27,532 nucleotides of DNA from a virus. Taxonomy: Duplodnaviria > Caudoviricetes. The notes beneath the pieces were generated by a model, which searched no databases, had not been told where the DNA came from, and worked only from the letters and a program-made list of their open reading frames with translations. Of the stretch, positions 16,272 through 24,831 are shown in pieces. The translations under genes and the position numbers were made by a program. The stretch is taken from positions 1-27,532 of IMG/VR virus record IMGVR_UViG_3300046777_000918; one strand, given 5' to 3'. Within the stretch, counting starts at the first letter, position 1. Every line of letters starts with the position of its first letter.

Positions 16272-19200
16272 TTACTGGAGCTTCTTCTGGATCATACGCT
16301 GCGCGTCATCCACGGAGCCGACGACGCCAGCCAAAGAACCATCTGGGGAGTATACCCTGAACTTGCTCTTGGTATTGCCCGGAATGATGCGGTAGCCTGA
16401 CATGGAGTAGGTGCCCGGGATGGATGGGTCGGGAACCGGGGCTGGCATATAGCGGATGTCCGGGCTGGAAGACTGGAATCGCTGGCTGAGAGGGATGATG
16501 TTGCCGGAGTCGTCGAGGGTAATTGGGTCGGCAGATTTGATCTGATTAGATGAGAAAACCGCATAGGTTGTCGTTGTACGGCTCTTTCCTTTGACACCGC
16601 TTTGATAGTCATCTTGAACGTTTTTAATAACAATCCCGTCGTTTCCAGCCTTCAAAGCGTCATTGATTGCATCGGTTGTACGTCCTTTTGTTTGAGCTGT
16701 CCTCCAATGCTCTCCTTTCGCATCAATGACAAGCGGGTTGGATAACTTAACGAATGTCTGAATCACCATTGGTTCAGCATTCTGGAAGTCCCAAGCCCTA
16801 GATTCCTTAGCGTAAGTCGAGGCCGTTTTTTGGCTTTCAGCAAACCAATGCACTCCAACGTCCTTGCCCATCCCGAAACGTTCCTTCTGAGACTTAAATA
16901 CTGGGTTTTCCTTAAGGAATCGACCATCTGGAGTTCCATGATACACCGGCCCCACCGTATACCCCGCCGCCTTCGCCGCCTGATCCACTAGTTCCTGCGC
17001 CTTCGCCGTATCTCCAGCTTCTACCGCTGAGAGGTACTCGGCGTCGGAGGGCATGAAGCGAGCGCCTACATCCCCCGCTTGTCGAACCGGCCGGTTGGCT
17101 TGCCCGCCTTCTTGGCCGCCTTCCGTGCGGTCGAGAGCGCGATTGCGATTGCCTGCTTCTGCGGTTTGCCAGACTTCATCTCGCGTCGGATATTGGAGCT
17201 GATCGTTTTCTGGCTGTAGCCTTGTTTGAGTGGCATTTGCTTTCCTTTGTGCTTGTTCTGCGGAGTCGTAGATCCCGAGGAGCTTTCCTTCAGGACCATA
17301 CAACCTAAACTTGTTGCCACTGGTCAGGATTGTGAACCCTGCACCAGACTTCCACGCCTGCTCCTCGCCAACGGATCCCGCAGGCATGAAGCGATCCTTC
17401 ATCTTCTTGTAGGCGCTCTCGGAGAACTTGGCCCTAAAATCAGACGGATCCATCTGACCCATGCGATCCAGACGGAAGCTGTGAATGAACTCGGAGCCAC
17501 CTTTCTCAAGTGAGTTCATAAAGTTCCCAAAGAACTCAGCCTTGTCCGGACCGAACAGGTTGCGGCTTGGAATAGCGTTCTCCTTGCGGTCAAGGTTGGA
17601 CAGATAGGCGTTCAGTTCTCCAAGGAACTCGCCAACGTTGCCCCACAGGCCACCAACGGAGCCGTCAGGACGGATCGAGCGTTGTAACGACTTCCTCACC
17701 TGCGTCAGGTCGATGGCTCGGACGTAGGAATTGTTTTCCTTGGACAGCAGCAGGTTGTACGGCAGCACTTCTCGGAACGTCACTCGCCTCGATGCGTACT
17801 TGGTGCGCCAACGCTTAGAGGTCGGATCCTGAACCTTCTCGGTGGCCGGGTAATACTCAACAAACAGCGACCGTCCTTCGTTGATGCTGCGATTGGTCAT
17901 TTCCAGCCGCTGCTGCATCTGAGACGACACCGAAGAACCCTTGATGGCGTCCAACTGTTCCGGGCTGAGATCGCCGACCACCTCGCCATTGATGTCGATC
18001 TTTGCTCCGGGCAGTCCGTCGATGATCTGCTTGAGTGCCGTGACGTCCCGGGTCTCACGCTGCAACAGCTCACCATTGGTCAGCAGCCGCACCTCGCCAT
18101 TAGGCAGGCGCTCCGCAAAGCCACCGCGGACCGCGTAATCCGCAGCCACTGGGTCCAGAATGGCCTTCTGGTCGATCTTGAAGGACTTCTGGTAGTCCGC
18201 GTTCAGCAGAGCCTCGTCGATGTTCTCACGGGCCTTCAGCAGCCTTCGCAGTGCAGCGTCCAGTGCCGGGGAGGCGTTCTTGATCTCTGGGAACAGAACC
18301 GAGTCCGTAGGCGTAATGCCGAACGTCCGCTCGATGAGTTGACCGATCTTTGACCCAACACGGCTTGCCTCCTGCAGCAACAGCATGTCGGTGAAGTTCT
18401 GCCGCGTAGATCCGAAACCGCGCAGGAATGCGTCTGGCTTCTGAGACGACAGGATTCGTCCTACCTGCTCCGCTGCCAACTCCTCGCCAACATACACCGC
18501 ACGGTCCGATGCCGTCGGATTTGCCGATATGACGTTGGCGCGTGCGTCCTCCGGAAGCTGTTTGACGTAGTCGTTGAAGAGCTGCTCAACCTTGGCTGGT
18601 GAGTATTGCCCTTCGCTTACCAATCGCACCGTCCCATCCGGGTTGGGCACATAGGCTCCGGTCAGAGTCTCTACGAATCCAGTGACGTCGCCTTGGAACT
18701 GCTTGGTCTTGGCCAGTGCGTGCAGCAGTTCGTGCCCCAGCGTGTAGATAGGACTGTCACCCTTCACCTTGGGCATCGCGTCTACATTGATGAGGATGCG
18801 CGGAGTGGTCGCATTCTCGTCAGGGACAACGCCACGAGCAGTGACACCAGCACGCTTCTTGAACTCGTCACCGCGCAGGATCTCGACACCAATGTCTCCG
18901 CGAGTGCCTTTGATGAGGCTCTCCAGATCCATCAGGTTGGCCGCAGTGTCAGTTCCGAACCGCTCTTGGACCGACTGGTAGGCCGCCTTCTTCTCCGGTG
19001 CCAGCGTGTCAACGTAGGTGGTCAGGTCGTTGAGTCGTGCCGCCTTAGCCTCGCTACCAGTCAGTGTTTGCAGACCACGAGCGCCAAGAGAACCAAGAGC
19101 ACCAGCCACACCTCCGGATCCAATTCCGGAAGCAGCTCCTTCTTCTCCGCCAGATAGATAACCAAGAGCACCACCAAGAGCAGCGCCTTCCAGCGTTCCA

Positions 19201-20207
19201 GCAGTGCCTGCAAGTGCAGTACGTAGTGCAGCATCTCCGCCATAACGTCCAATGGTTCCGATGATCCGCTGCCGCATGTTGGCCTCCGGGATTGCACCAA
19301 CAGCCTCCAAGGCACCGATACGGGTCGGCGCACGGCCCATCTGGGCACCGGCAGTCTCCAGAGCGCGACCAACGTCGGTGGCGGCTTCTGCGATGAACGG
19401 AACCGCACCAACAGCGCCAATGGCAGGACCAACACCGGTAGCCGCTAGAACGCCAGACGTGGTTGCCGCTCCGCGCAGGGCCTCTGGAGAGATTCCTGTG
19501 GCTTCCGTGACAAACTTGCCAGCAGCAGAAGAAAGACGCTCTACGGGCTTTGAGATGGCTTGGACACCCTTCCCAGCAACCGCAGCAGCCTTGCCAACAG
19601 CCTTGGCGGCAACCTTCTCAGCTCCCAGAAGCTGTCCAACACCGGGGACGAACATGGTCGGATCTGCAACCATGGCCACACCCTGAACAAACTCAGGATT
19701 GAGATCCTCGGGCTTGAACATGATCGACATGTCGCCCTTAGCATACGCGTCGAGATCCTTGTTGAACTGGCGAGCCTCGAGGAACTGACCGTATCTGTTC
19801 TCTAGCGTACCTGTTCCGCTTATAAGGTTGTTAAGCTTGAACAGTGCGGAGTTCGGATCCTGAGACTGAGCGACAAGCCCGTATAGCTGGGTAGTTCCTT
19901 GAGCAAGGCCTTCAATGTAGTTCTTCGGATTGAACGCAGCTCCAGTAGTAACCGCAGCCTTGCCAGCAGCTCCAGCAGTCTGGACTACCGTATCCGCAGC
20001 GGTCAGAAGGCTTTGTAGCCAGTCAGTCTGCCGGGTTTTGTTGTAGTCCTCGAAAAGCTGATACTGCTCCTGAGTGGGCGTGAAGTTCGGATCCTGAAGA
20101 GCGTTTGCAATGTCCTGACCAGTCGTCGGAGTATCTAGCAGGCTTTCAACGCTCCCTGCCGATTGTGGTCCTAGCAACGAGTCGATGTCAGCCTGAGATA
20201 GTGTCAT
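16272..20207 (-). CDS. Large ejection/polyvalent protein with HExxH metallopeptidase and ART-PolyVal-like ADP-ribosyltransferase domains
   Basis: Gly/Ala-rich membrane-like segments; HELLH (18720-18734) with downstream EELAAE; DAEYLSAV...VYHGT...ASTYA...[10 protein letters not shown]...[11 protein letters not shown]. Confidence 0.8.
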   Translation of the reverse strand: MTLSQADIDSLLGPQSAGSVESLLDTPTTGQDIANALQDPNFTPTQEQYQLFEDYNKTRQTDWLQSLLTAADTVVQTAGAAGKAAVTTGAAFNPKNYIEGLAQGTTQLYGLVAQSQDPNSALFKLNNLISGTGTLENRYGQFLEARQFNKDLDAYAKGDMSIMFKPEDLNPEFVQGVAMVADPTMFVPGVGQLLGAEKVAAKAVGKAAAVAGKGVQAISKPVERLSSAAGKFVTEATGISPEALRGAATTSGVLAATGVGPAIGAVGAVPFIAEAATDVGRALETAGAQMGRAPTRIGALEAVGAIPEANMRQRIIGTIGRYGGDAALRTALAGTAGTLEGAALGGALGYLSGGEEGAASGIGSGGVAGALGSLGARGLQTLTGSEAKAARLNDLTTYVDTLAPEKKAAYQSVQERFGTDTAANLMDLESLIKGTRGDIGVEILRGDEFKKRAGVTARGVVPDENATTPRILINVDAMPKVKGDSPIYTLGHELLHALAKTKQFQGDVTGFVETLTGAYVPNPDGTVRLVSEGQYSPAKVEQLFNDYVKQLPEDARANVISANPTASDRAVYVGEELAAEQVGRILSSQKPDAFLRGFGSTRQNFTDMLLLQEASRVGSKIGQLIERTFGITPTDSVLFPEIKNASPALDAALRRLLKARENIDEALLNADYQKSFKIDQKAILDPVAADYAVRGGFAERLPNGEVRLLTNGELLQRETRDVTALKQIIDGLPGAKIDINGEVVGDLSPEQLDAIKGSSVSSQMQQRLEMTNRSINEGRSLFVEYYPATEKVQDPTSKRWRTKYASRRVTFREVLPYNLLLSKENNSYVRAIDLTQVRKSLQRSIRPDGSVGGLWGNVGEFLGELNAYLSNLDRKENAIPSRNLFGPDKAEFFGNFMNSLEKGGSEFIHSFRLDRMGQMDPSDFRAKFSESAYKKMKDRFMPAGSVGEEQAWKSGAGFTILTSGNKFRLYGPEGKLLGIYDSAEQAQRKANATQTRLQPENDQLQYPTRDEVWQTAEAGNRNRALDRTEGGQEGGQANRPVRQAGDVGARFMPSDAEYLSAVEAGDTAKAQELVDQAAKAAGYTVGPVYHGTPDGRFLKENPVFKSQKERFGMGKDVGVHWFAESQKTASTYAKESRAWDFQNAEPMVIQTFVKLSNPLVIDAKGEHWRTAQTKGRTTDAINDALKAGNDGIVIKNVQDDYQSGVKGKSRTTTTYAVFSSNQIKSADPITLDDSGNIIPLSQRFQSSSPDIRYMPAPVPDPSIPGTYSMSGYRIIPGNTKSKFRVYSPDGSLAGVVGSVDDAQRMIQKKLQ
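17066..17236 (-). CDS. Nested out-of-frame small basic phage protein, 56 aa ([16 protein letters not shown]...)
   Basis: Closely resembles the widespread phage family [29 protein letters not shown] as I recall it; A-rich leader with AAGGA. Confidence 0.7.
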   Translation of the reverse strand: MPLKQGYSQKTISSNIRREMKSGKPQKQAIAIALSTARKAAKKAGKPTGRFDKRGM

Positions 20208-21538
20208 TGGAGAGCGCGGAGTTCTTGTTCTGCTTGCTGACGAGTAATGGATCCAGACTGGAACCTAGCCCTGATCGACGCCACACGAGGGTCGGATGCG
20301 AGTTGCGATTGCTCTGCTGTAGTTTCTGGCTGTGTAGATTTCAGGCCAATAGCTTTAGCTTTCAATTTAAGACCAGACTCGGCGCGATTAAGAATAGAGT
20401 TTAATGCTGTTATGTTAGACTCATTAAGCGAAAACAGTTCAGTCGGGTTTCTGACGATTGAATCAAGAATCGCCTGATCTTTATCTGAAACCACTCCTTG
20501 GCCGATAATTTCAGGCCGCAGCTTTGCCTTTGCTGCATTCACGAGTTGTGCCGCTTCAGCTTTAACTTGAGGGTTCTGCTGCTGCATTGTCCCCATGTTT
20601 GCAATCTCGATCAGCCTTTGAATCGTAGTCTTACTGTCCAAAACGTTGGCGTACTGCTCGCGGAAGTCAGAAGCCTCCTTCTCGGTCGGAGCAACGCCTT
20701 GATATTCTGGAAAGTTTATCGTTAAAGCACGCTGCTTGGCGACGTCTGAGAAGGTAGGAGTCTTCTGCTCAACCAGTTTCCTTTCGCCACCCATCGAGAC
20801 CACAGTGCCAACCCCGGGGACCTCTTCGGTTGAAACCTGAGGCAGCTTGCCAGCAGCGATAAGAGCTTTGTCCAAAGCCTCAAGCTGAGGAGTAGCAACG
20901 CCGAATTGACGGAAGACATTAACAGCGTCTGAGCGAATCTGCTCCGGAGTACGCTGGACTGCAGGAAGCTGTTGAACCGGCTGCATGTCAACAGGTCCTC
21001 CAGCTTCTTGAACCGGCATCGGTTGGAACTGAGGCATCTGGGTCGGGATGTTGCCGATCTCACCCATGGCCTGACGCATTGCCTCCTCTTGAAGCAATCG
21101 ACGCTGTTCCTCAGCCAGCTTCAACTGGTTCATCTGATACTGCTGACCTTGAAGCATCCCAGCGATTTGATTCTTTGCTTCTTGATCCTTCCTCTGCAGG
21201 AAGAACTCGGTATCCGCCAGCAACGCTTTCTTCTTGGCATTGCTCAGTCCGGAATACTTCTCCAGAGACGATACGAGGCGCGACTCTGGACTTCCTTCTG
21301 GTGCCTGACCGGCGGTCTGCGCCAAGTACGGGGCAAGACTCTCAAGACGCTGGTTGAGATAGTCTGCTTCCTGACGCCCTTGCTGATAGCGTTGCAACGC
21401 CTGACCAATACCAGCACCAAGCTGAGAGATGCCTGCCGCAAGATTACGCCCCGGCGCTGTGGCAGCCTCCATGTAACCGGGTGGAAGCGGCGCAACGTTG
21501 GTGCTCCGGTAAGGTGTTGAGTATCCGTATTCGGCCAT
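20204..21538 (-). CDS. Ejection/internal virion protein (about 444 aa)
   Basis: ATG at 21538 (MAEYGY) just after the upstream stop; Gly-rich helix then Q-rich coiled coils; position in the ejection cluster. Confidence 0.7.
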   Translation of the reverse strand: MAEYGYSTPYRSTNVAPLPPGYMEAATAPGRNLAAGISQLGAGIGQALQRYQQGRQEADYLNQRLESLAPYLAQTAGQAPEGSPESRLVSSLEKYSGLSNAKKKALLADTEFFLQRKDQEAKNQIAGMLQGQQYQMNQLKLAEEQRRLLQEEAMRQAMGEIGNIPTQMPQFQPMPVQEAGGPVDMQPVQQLPAVQRTPEQIRSDAVNVFRQFGVATPQLEALDKALIAAGKLPQVSTEEVPGVGTVVSMGGERKLVEQKTPTFSDVAKQRALTINFPEYQGVAPTEKEASDFREQYANVLDSKTTIQRLIEIANMGTMQQQNPQVKAEAAQLVNAAKAKLRPEIIGQGVVSDKDQAILDSIVRNPTELFSLNESNITALNSILNRAESGLKLKAKAIGLKSTQPETTAEQSQLASDPRVASIRARFQSGSITRQQAEQELRALQ

Positions 21539-21540
21539 AA

Positions 21541-21966
21541 CTAGTCCTCGTGCTGATCGTGGTATGCTGCCTCGCGAAGTCTCAATGAAATTGCCCGCAT
21601 AAGCGACCAACCGCCCACGATCCATGCCACGGTTAGGATCATGTCGTTGCCGCACTGCCGGATGACGTCAGCAACGCGCTGCTTCCACGGCTCTTCAGAC
21701 ATCTCCCAAGCCACAGACACCGCGTAGGTGTTGGTGAGCGAAGCAATGACCGGCTGCAGCCTCCAGGCGTTGGCAAGGTAGAACGGCGTTGAGTACAAGG
21801 CGTTCGCCGACATTAGCACCCTCAGAAGGTTCTCCGGGTTATATGCCGTGTCCCCGTCGATGAGATCGTCTATCTGATGGCAGTAGGCGTGGAAAGCCAC
21901 CACAAAGGCCAAGGCGTCCGGGTGCCCGTGGCAGACCTCTTGATAGATTGCTACAATCTCCTTCAT
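21541..21966 (-). CDS. All-alpha DDxxD protein (isoprenoid-synthase-fold-like), 141 aa
   Basis: HQIDDLIDGD motif in a helical context; NPFY-like TPFY; ATGA-coupled to the cupin gene. Confidence 0.6.
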   Translation of the reverse strand: MKEIVAIYQEVCHGHPDALAFVVAFHAYCHQIDDLIDGDTAYNPENLLRVLMSANALYSTPFYLANAWRLQPVIASLTNTYAVSVAWEMSEEPWKQRVADVIRQCGNDMILTVAWIVGGWSLMRAISLRLREAAYHDQHED

Positions 21967-22292
21967 GCCGGTACGAAGTCTGTAGCCGCACTGCTAGGCT
22001 TGCCACGCCAGATCTCAAGGTTGGAGAAGATCGAGAAGCTGTGAACCTTGGCCCCATGAACAGCTCCTGATGGAACGTATCTAGTCCAGCCGATGTTCCG
22101 AGTGCAGAGCGTCCTCCGCTTGTTGCCCATCATCCACTCAACGTTTCCAAGCCAATGCGTGATGCGTGAGTCGCACTGCTCGTGTGTGTGGAGCGGTATG
22201 ATCTCTCCTTTAGGGCAGAACCAGACCTCCAACTGCCAGTTGAACAACCGAAACAGTTTGATTCCTACACATCGCTGGAACCTTACGATCAC
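21963..22292 (-). CDS. Cupin domain protein, 109 aa
   Basis: PKGEIIPLHTHEQ (motif 1) and YVPSGAVHG (motif 2); GTGA overlap. Confidence 0.75.
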   Translation of the reverse strand: MIVRFQRCVGIKLFRLFNWQLEVWFCPKGEIIPLHTHEQCDSRITHWLGNVEWMMGNKRRTLCTRNIGWTRYVPSGAVHGAKVHSFSIFSNLEIWRGKPSSAATDFVPA

Positions 22293-22633
22293 AGGCTTTT
22301 GCCAAGGTACTTCGCACCAGACTCAATGCCTCCGATGATGTCCTGCTTGAGCTGACTCTTCATCTCGTCACGTTGGTTCAGAAGGCCGCCGTACTGACCA
22401 ATGATGCCCTGCTCCATGTTAGGATTCAGTCCGAACCGTTTCTGGATCTCATCATCAGAGAAACCTTGTTCCTTGAGGAACTGGATCTGACCGTACTGCT
22501 GGTCCAAGCCTTGAGCATACCGTTGCAGGCCGGAAGGTCCTTGTGGTGAAGGCATGCTGGGTGCTTGGTAGGGCTGACTCATGCCGTACCGACCAAAGCC
22601 ACCTCCGACTTGCTGTGAGTAGCCGTAGTTCAT
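22289..22633 (-). CDS. Hypothetical virion-associated protein, 114 aa
   Basis: G/Q/Y-rich; overlaps both neighbours by 4 nt. Confidence 0.65.
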   Translation of the reverse strand: MNYGYSQQVGGGFGRYGMSQPYQAPSMPSPQGPSGLQRYAQGLDQQYGQIQFLKEQGFSDDEIQKRFGLNPNMEQGIIGQYGGLLNQRDEMKSQLKQDIIGGIESGAKYLGKSL

Positions 22634-23427
22634 AGAGCGTTACCAACTGCACCGATGCCAGCACCGATGAGAGCCGTCTGATTGGCCGCACTAGCTGTCC
22701 TAGCCGCCAGTTGTTGCTGCACGTTGCCGCCATAGATGTCCGCAGCATACTGACTCTCCGGATTGAACAACTGCCCCGGGGACAAGCCCTGCGCCTGACC
22801 AAAGGCACCTTGAGTCATGCCGAACGCCTGCGAAGGACGGCCAAGGACCTGCTGGAACACGTCGCCGTAGACGCCCTGCTGGGCAGCGATGCCTTGGAGC
22901 GCCTGCTGCTGACGTTGCTGTTGGAGACCAGCCCCCATGAGCTGAGACCGCACAGCCTCCTCGACGGCACCACGAGGACTCTCAGCAAGCCCACGGGCCG
23001 CATAAGCTGCACGAGTCTGCTGCTGCGCCATACGCTGCTGTTCCGGGGTCAGCCTAGAGCCAGCCGCAAGATTGGACTGGGCCTGAGCAGCTAGCATGTC
23101 CGCTAATGCCGTAGCCTGCGGGGAGGACTGCTGGATGGCTGCACGAGCACGAGGCCCCAGCTTCTCAATGTCTCCGATGTCAGCCGCACGTGAGACACCC
23201 CGGGCCTGCGCCTCGGTTTGGGCAAGCTGTGGGGCCATCTGGCCATAGATCGCCGTGATCTCTGGAGCAAGCTGACGAGCAATCTGCGCGTTCAGAGCGG
23301 CGTACTGAGGCGCGAACTGAGCCTCTGCAGCATACTTCTGTGGCGCTAGGTCAATCTGCGCCTGCAACGTGTCCCGTGTCTCCTGCCCGTAATTCCGTGG
23401 CGGAGGTGCTTCGATACTAGTTCCCAT
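22630..23427 (-). CDS. Pilot/DNA-transfer ejection protein (P22 gp7-like position)
   Basis: MG...APPPRNY N-terminus, Q/A-rich helices, C-terminal LIGAGIGAVG. Confidence 0.7.
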   Translation of the reverse strand: MGTSIEAPPPRNYGQETRDTLQAQIDLAPQKYAAEAQFAPQYAALNAQIARQLAPEITAIYGQMAPQLAQTEAQARGVSRAADIGDIEKLGPRARAAIQQSSPQATALADMLAAQAQSNLAAGSRLTPEQQRMAQQQTRAAYAARGLAESPRGAVEEAVRSQLMGAGLQQQRQQQALQGIAAQQGVYGDVFQQVLGRPSQAFGMTQGAFGQAQGLSPGQLFNPESQYAADIYGGNVQQQLAARTASAANQTALIGAGIGAVGNAL

Positions 23428-23830
23428 AGATCTTTTCTCCTGTCTTGTAGACGTCTAAAGCTGTCCCGAAAAAGCGAACTTTACGATGCCGAACACCGTA
23501 ACTTGGTAAGCTGGCAGACTCCGGCCTGCGTCGGAACATCTCGCCAAATGCCGACATCAGAGCAATCGGGTTATCTCCAGCGATCTGATCCCAATACCAG
23601 AACCGGCCATGTTCCGTAGTTTCCTGCCACCGGAAGGACTCCACCTGCATCTCTTCTGTCGGCCAGCCGATCACGATAGCTCTAACGTTTCCTTGGTCGT
23701 CCACGGCGGCGACGAGCTGGTTCCTCTCTATCTGCCACATCACGTAGTCCTCCAGAGCTTCCTGAGTCCACCCCGTGAAGTTCCCCGGCAGCTTCTTCCT
23801 GATGTACGATGTCAGGTTGGATAACATCAT
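23417..23830 (-). CDS. Hypothetical protein (possible GNAT-like fold), 137 aa
   Basis: alpha-alpha-beta-beta pattern; sits before the pilot gene where podoviruses often encode GNAT-like proteins; fold call is weak. Confidence 0.55.
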   Translation of the reverse strand: MMLSNLTSYIRKKLPGNFTGWTQEALEDYVMWQIERNQLVAAVDDQGNVRAIVIGWPTEEMQVESFRWQETTEHGRFWYWDQIAGDNPIALMSAFGEMFRRRPESASLPSYGVRHRKVRFFGTALDVYKTGEKIYGN

Positions 23831-23885
23831 CTGGTTCAGGTTTAGGTTTGGTCAGGCGCGAAAGCTTAAAAACACGGATTCGCAT
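23682..23885 (-). CDS. Small protein with C-terminal AT-hook-like RRGRPRKR, 67 aa
   Basis: ATG 10 nt after the fibre stop, preceded by A-rich CCAATAAAAAC; overlaps the next ORF by 149 nt. Confidence 0.45.
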   Translation of the reverse strand: MRIRVFKLSRLTKPKPEPDDVIQPDIVHQEEAAGELHGVDSGSSGGLRDVADREEPARRRRGRPRKR

Positions 23886-23895
23886 GTTTTATTGG

Positions 23896-24828
23896 TTACC
23901 AAATCGAAAGCGTAAAACCAACGTACAGAACGTTGTAATCTAATCCCGCATTCGGGCTGACAGTTTGAAGGCGGAAATAAACCACACTAGGAGATCCGGT
24001 GACAGTAATTGAGCCAGTAGTTCTGATGTGTGCGTTGGCGGATCCTCGCATATCAAAACCGGAATCAACATCGTTCCAAGGGCCAGCCGTACTCGACGCC
24101 CACTGCAGCTTGAATCCTGAGAAAGAACTAGCTGAATGTGCAGCAGTTAACGTGAACGAAACCGCATAATTGGTTGGGATAAATTCGGTACTGAAGATCG
24201 CGTAGGATTGCTCATAACGACACGGGAAACACCAGAGACCGATTCGAGAATCCGGCCTTCCAGATCCAGTGAAGTATAAAGTCGAATATCTATCGTTTCC
24301 GCTAAGACTTGAAGATCCATCAAGAAGAACCTCAAACCTCTTAGCGGCTGCATTCAGCGTCGATCCAGTAAACGACAATCCTGATCCAAGCGTGATTTCG
24401 GAAGGCGCAGCAGCGGATCCAGTGGGGTTTCCAAGCAACTTGCTCGCGGAAACGTTCTGAACCTTCGCATAGGTGACTCCAGAGTTAGCGATCTGGATGT
24501 TGGTGCTGCTGTTCTCAAGACCTCCCGCAGGATTGACGGCCAACAGGTTCTTCACATCAGACACACTGAGGTCAGATGGGACAGCGGTTGCCCCTGTGTT
24601 GTTACCCTTGATCGTATTTGCCGCCATCGTTGCCATCTTGGCATTCGTGACCGCATTGGCAGCCAACTGAGTGGTGCCGACCGATCCAGCAGCGAGGGAT
24701 AGCGACCCGCCATCGACGGTTCCAACCACGTCAATGGATGGCGTGCCCAACAAGTTGAGCGTGGTCGGATCCAGCGTGGTGCTGTTGGTGACCGTTGTTC
24801 CCGGGGTGACAGTGACAAATAGTGGCAT
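23896..24828 (-). CDS. Tail fibre protein, 310 aa
   Basis: AVTNAKMA / GVTYAKVQ repeats, KLLGNPTGSAAAPSEITLGSGL, beta-rich C-terminal domain. Confidence 0.78.
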   Translation of the reverse strand: MPLFVTVTPGTTVTNSTTLDPTTLNLLGTPSIDVVGTVDGGSLSLAAGSVGTTQLAANAVTNAKMATMAANTIKGNNTGATAVPSDLSVSDVKNLLAVNPAGGLENSSTNIQIANSGVTYAKVQNVSASKLLGNPTGSAAAPSEITLGSGLSFTGSTLNAAAKRFEVLLDGSSSLSGNDRYSTLYFTGSGRPDSRIGLWCFPCRYEQSYAIFSTEFIPTNYAVSFTLTAAHSASSFSGFKLQWASSTAGPWNDVDSGFDMRGSANAHIRTTGSITVTGSPSVVYFRLQTVSPNAGLDYNVLYVGFTLSIW

Positions 24829-24831
24829 GGC

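Noticed and set aside
21539-21655. Extended start of the 483-aa ORF
   Set aside because: Overlaps the DDxxD gene; ATG at 21538 follows its stop directly
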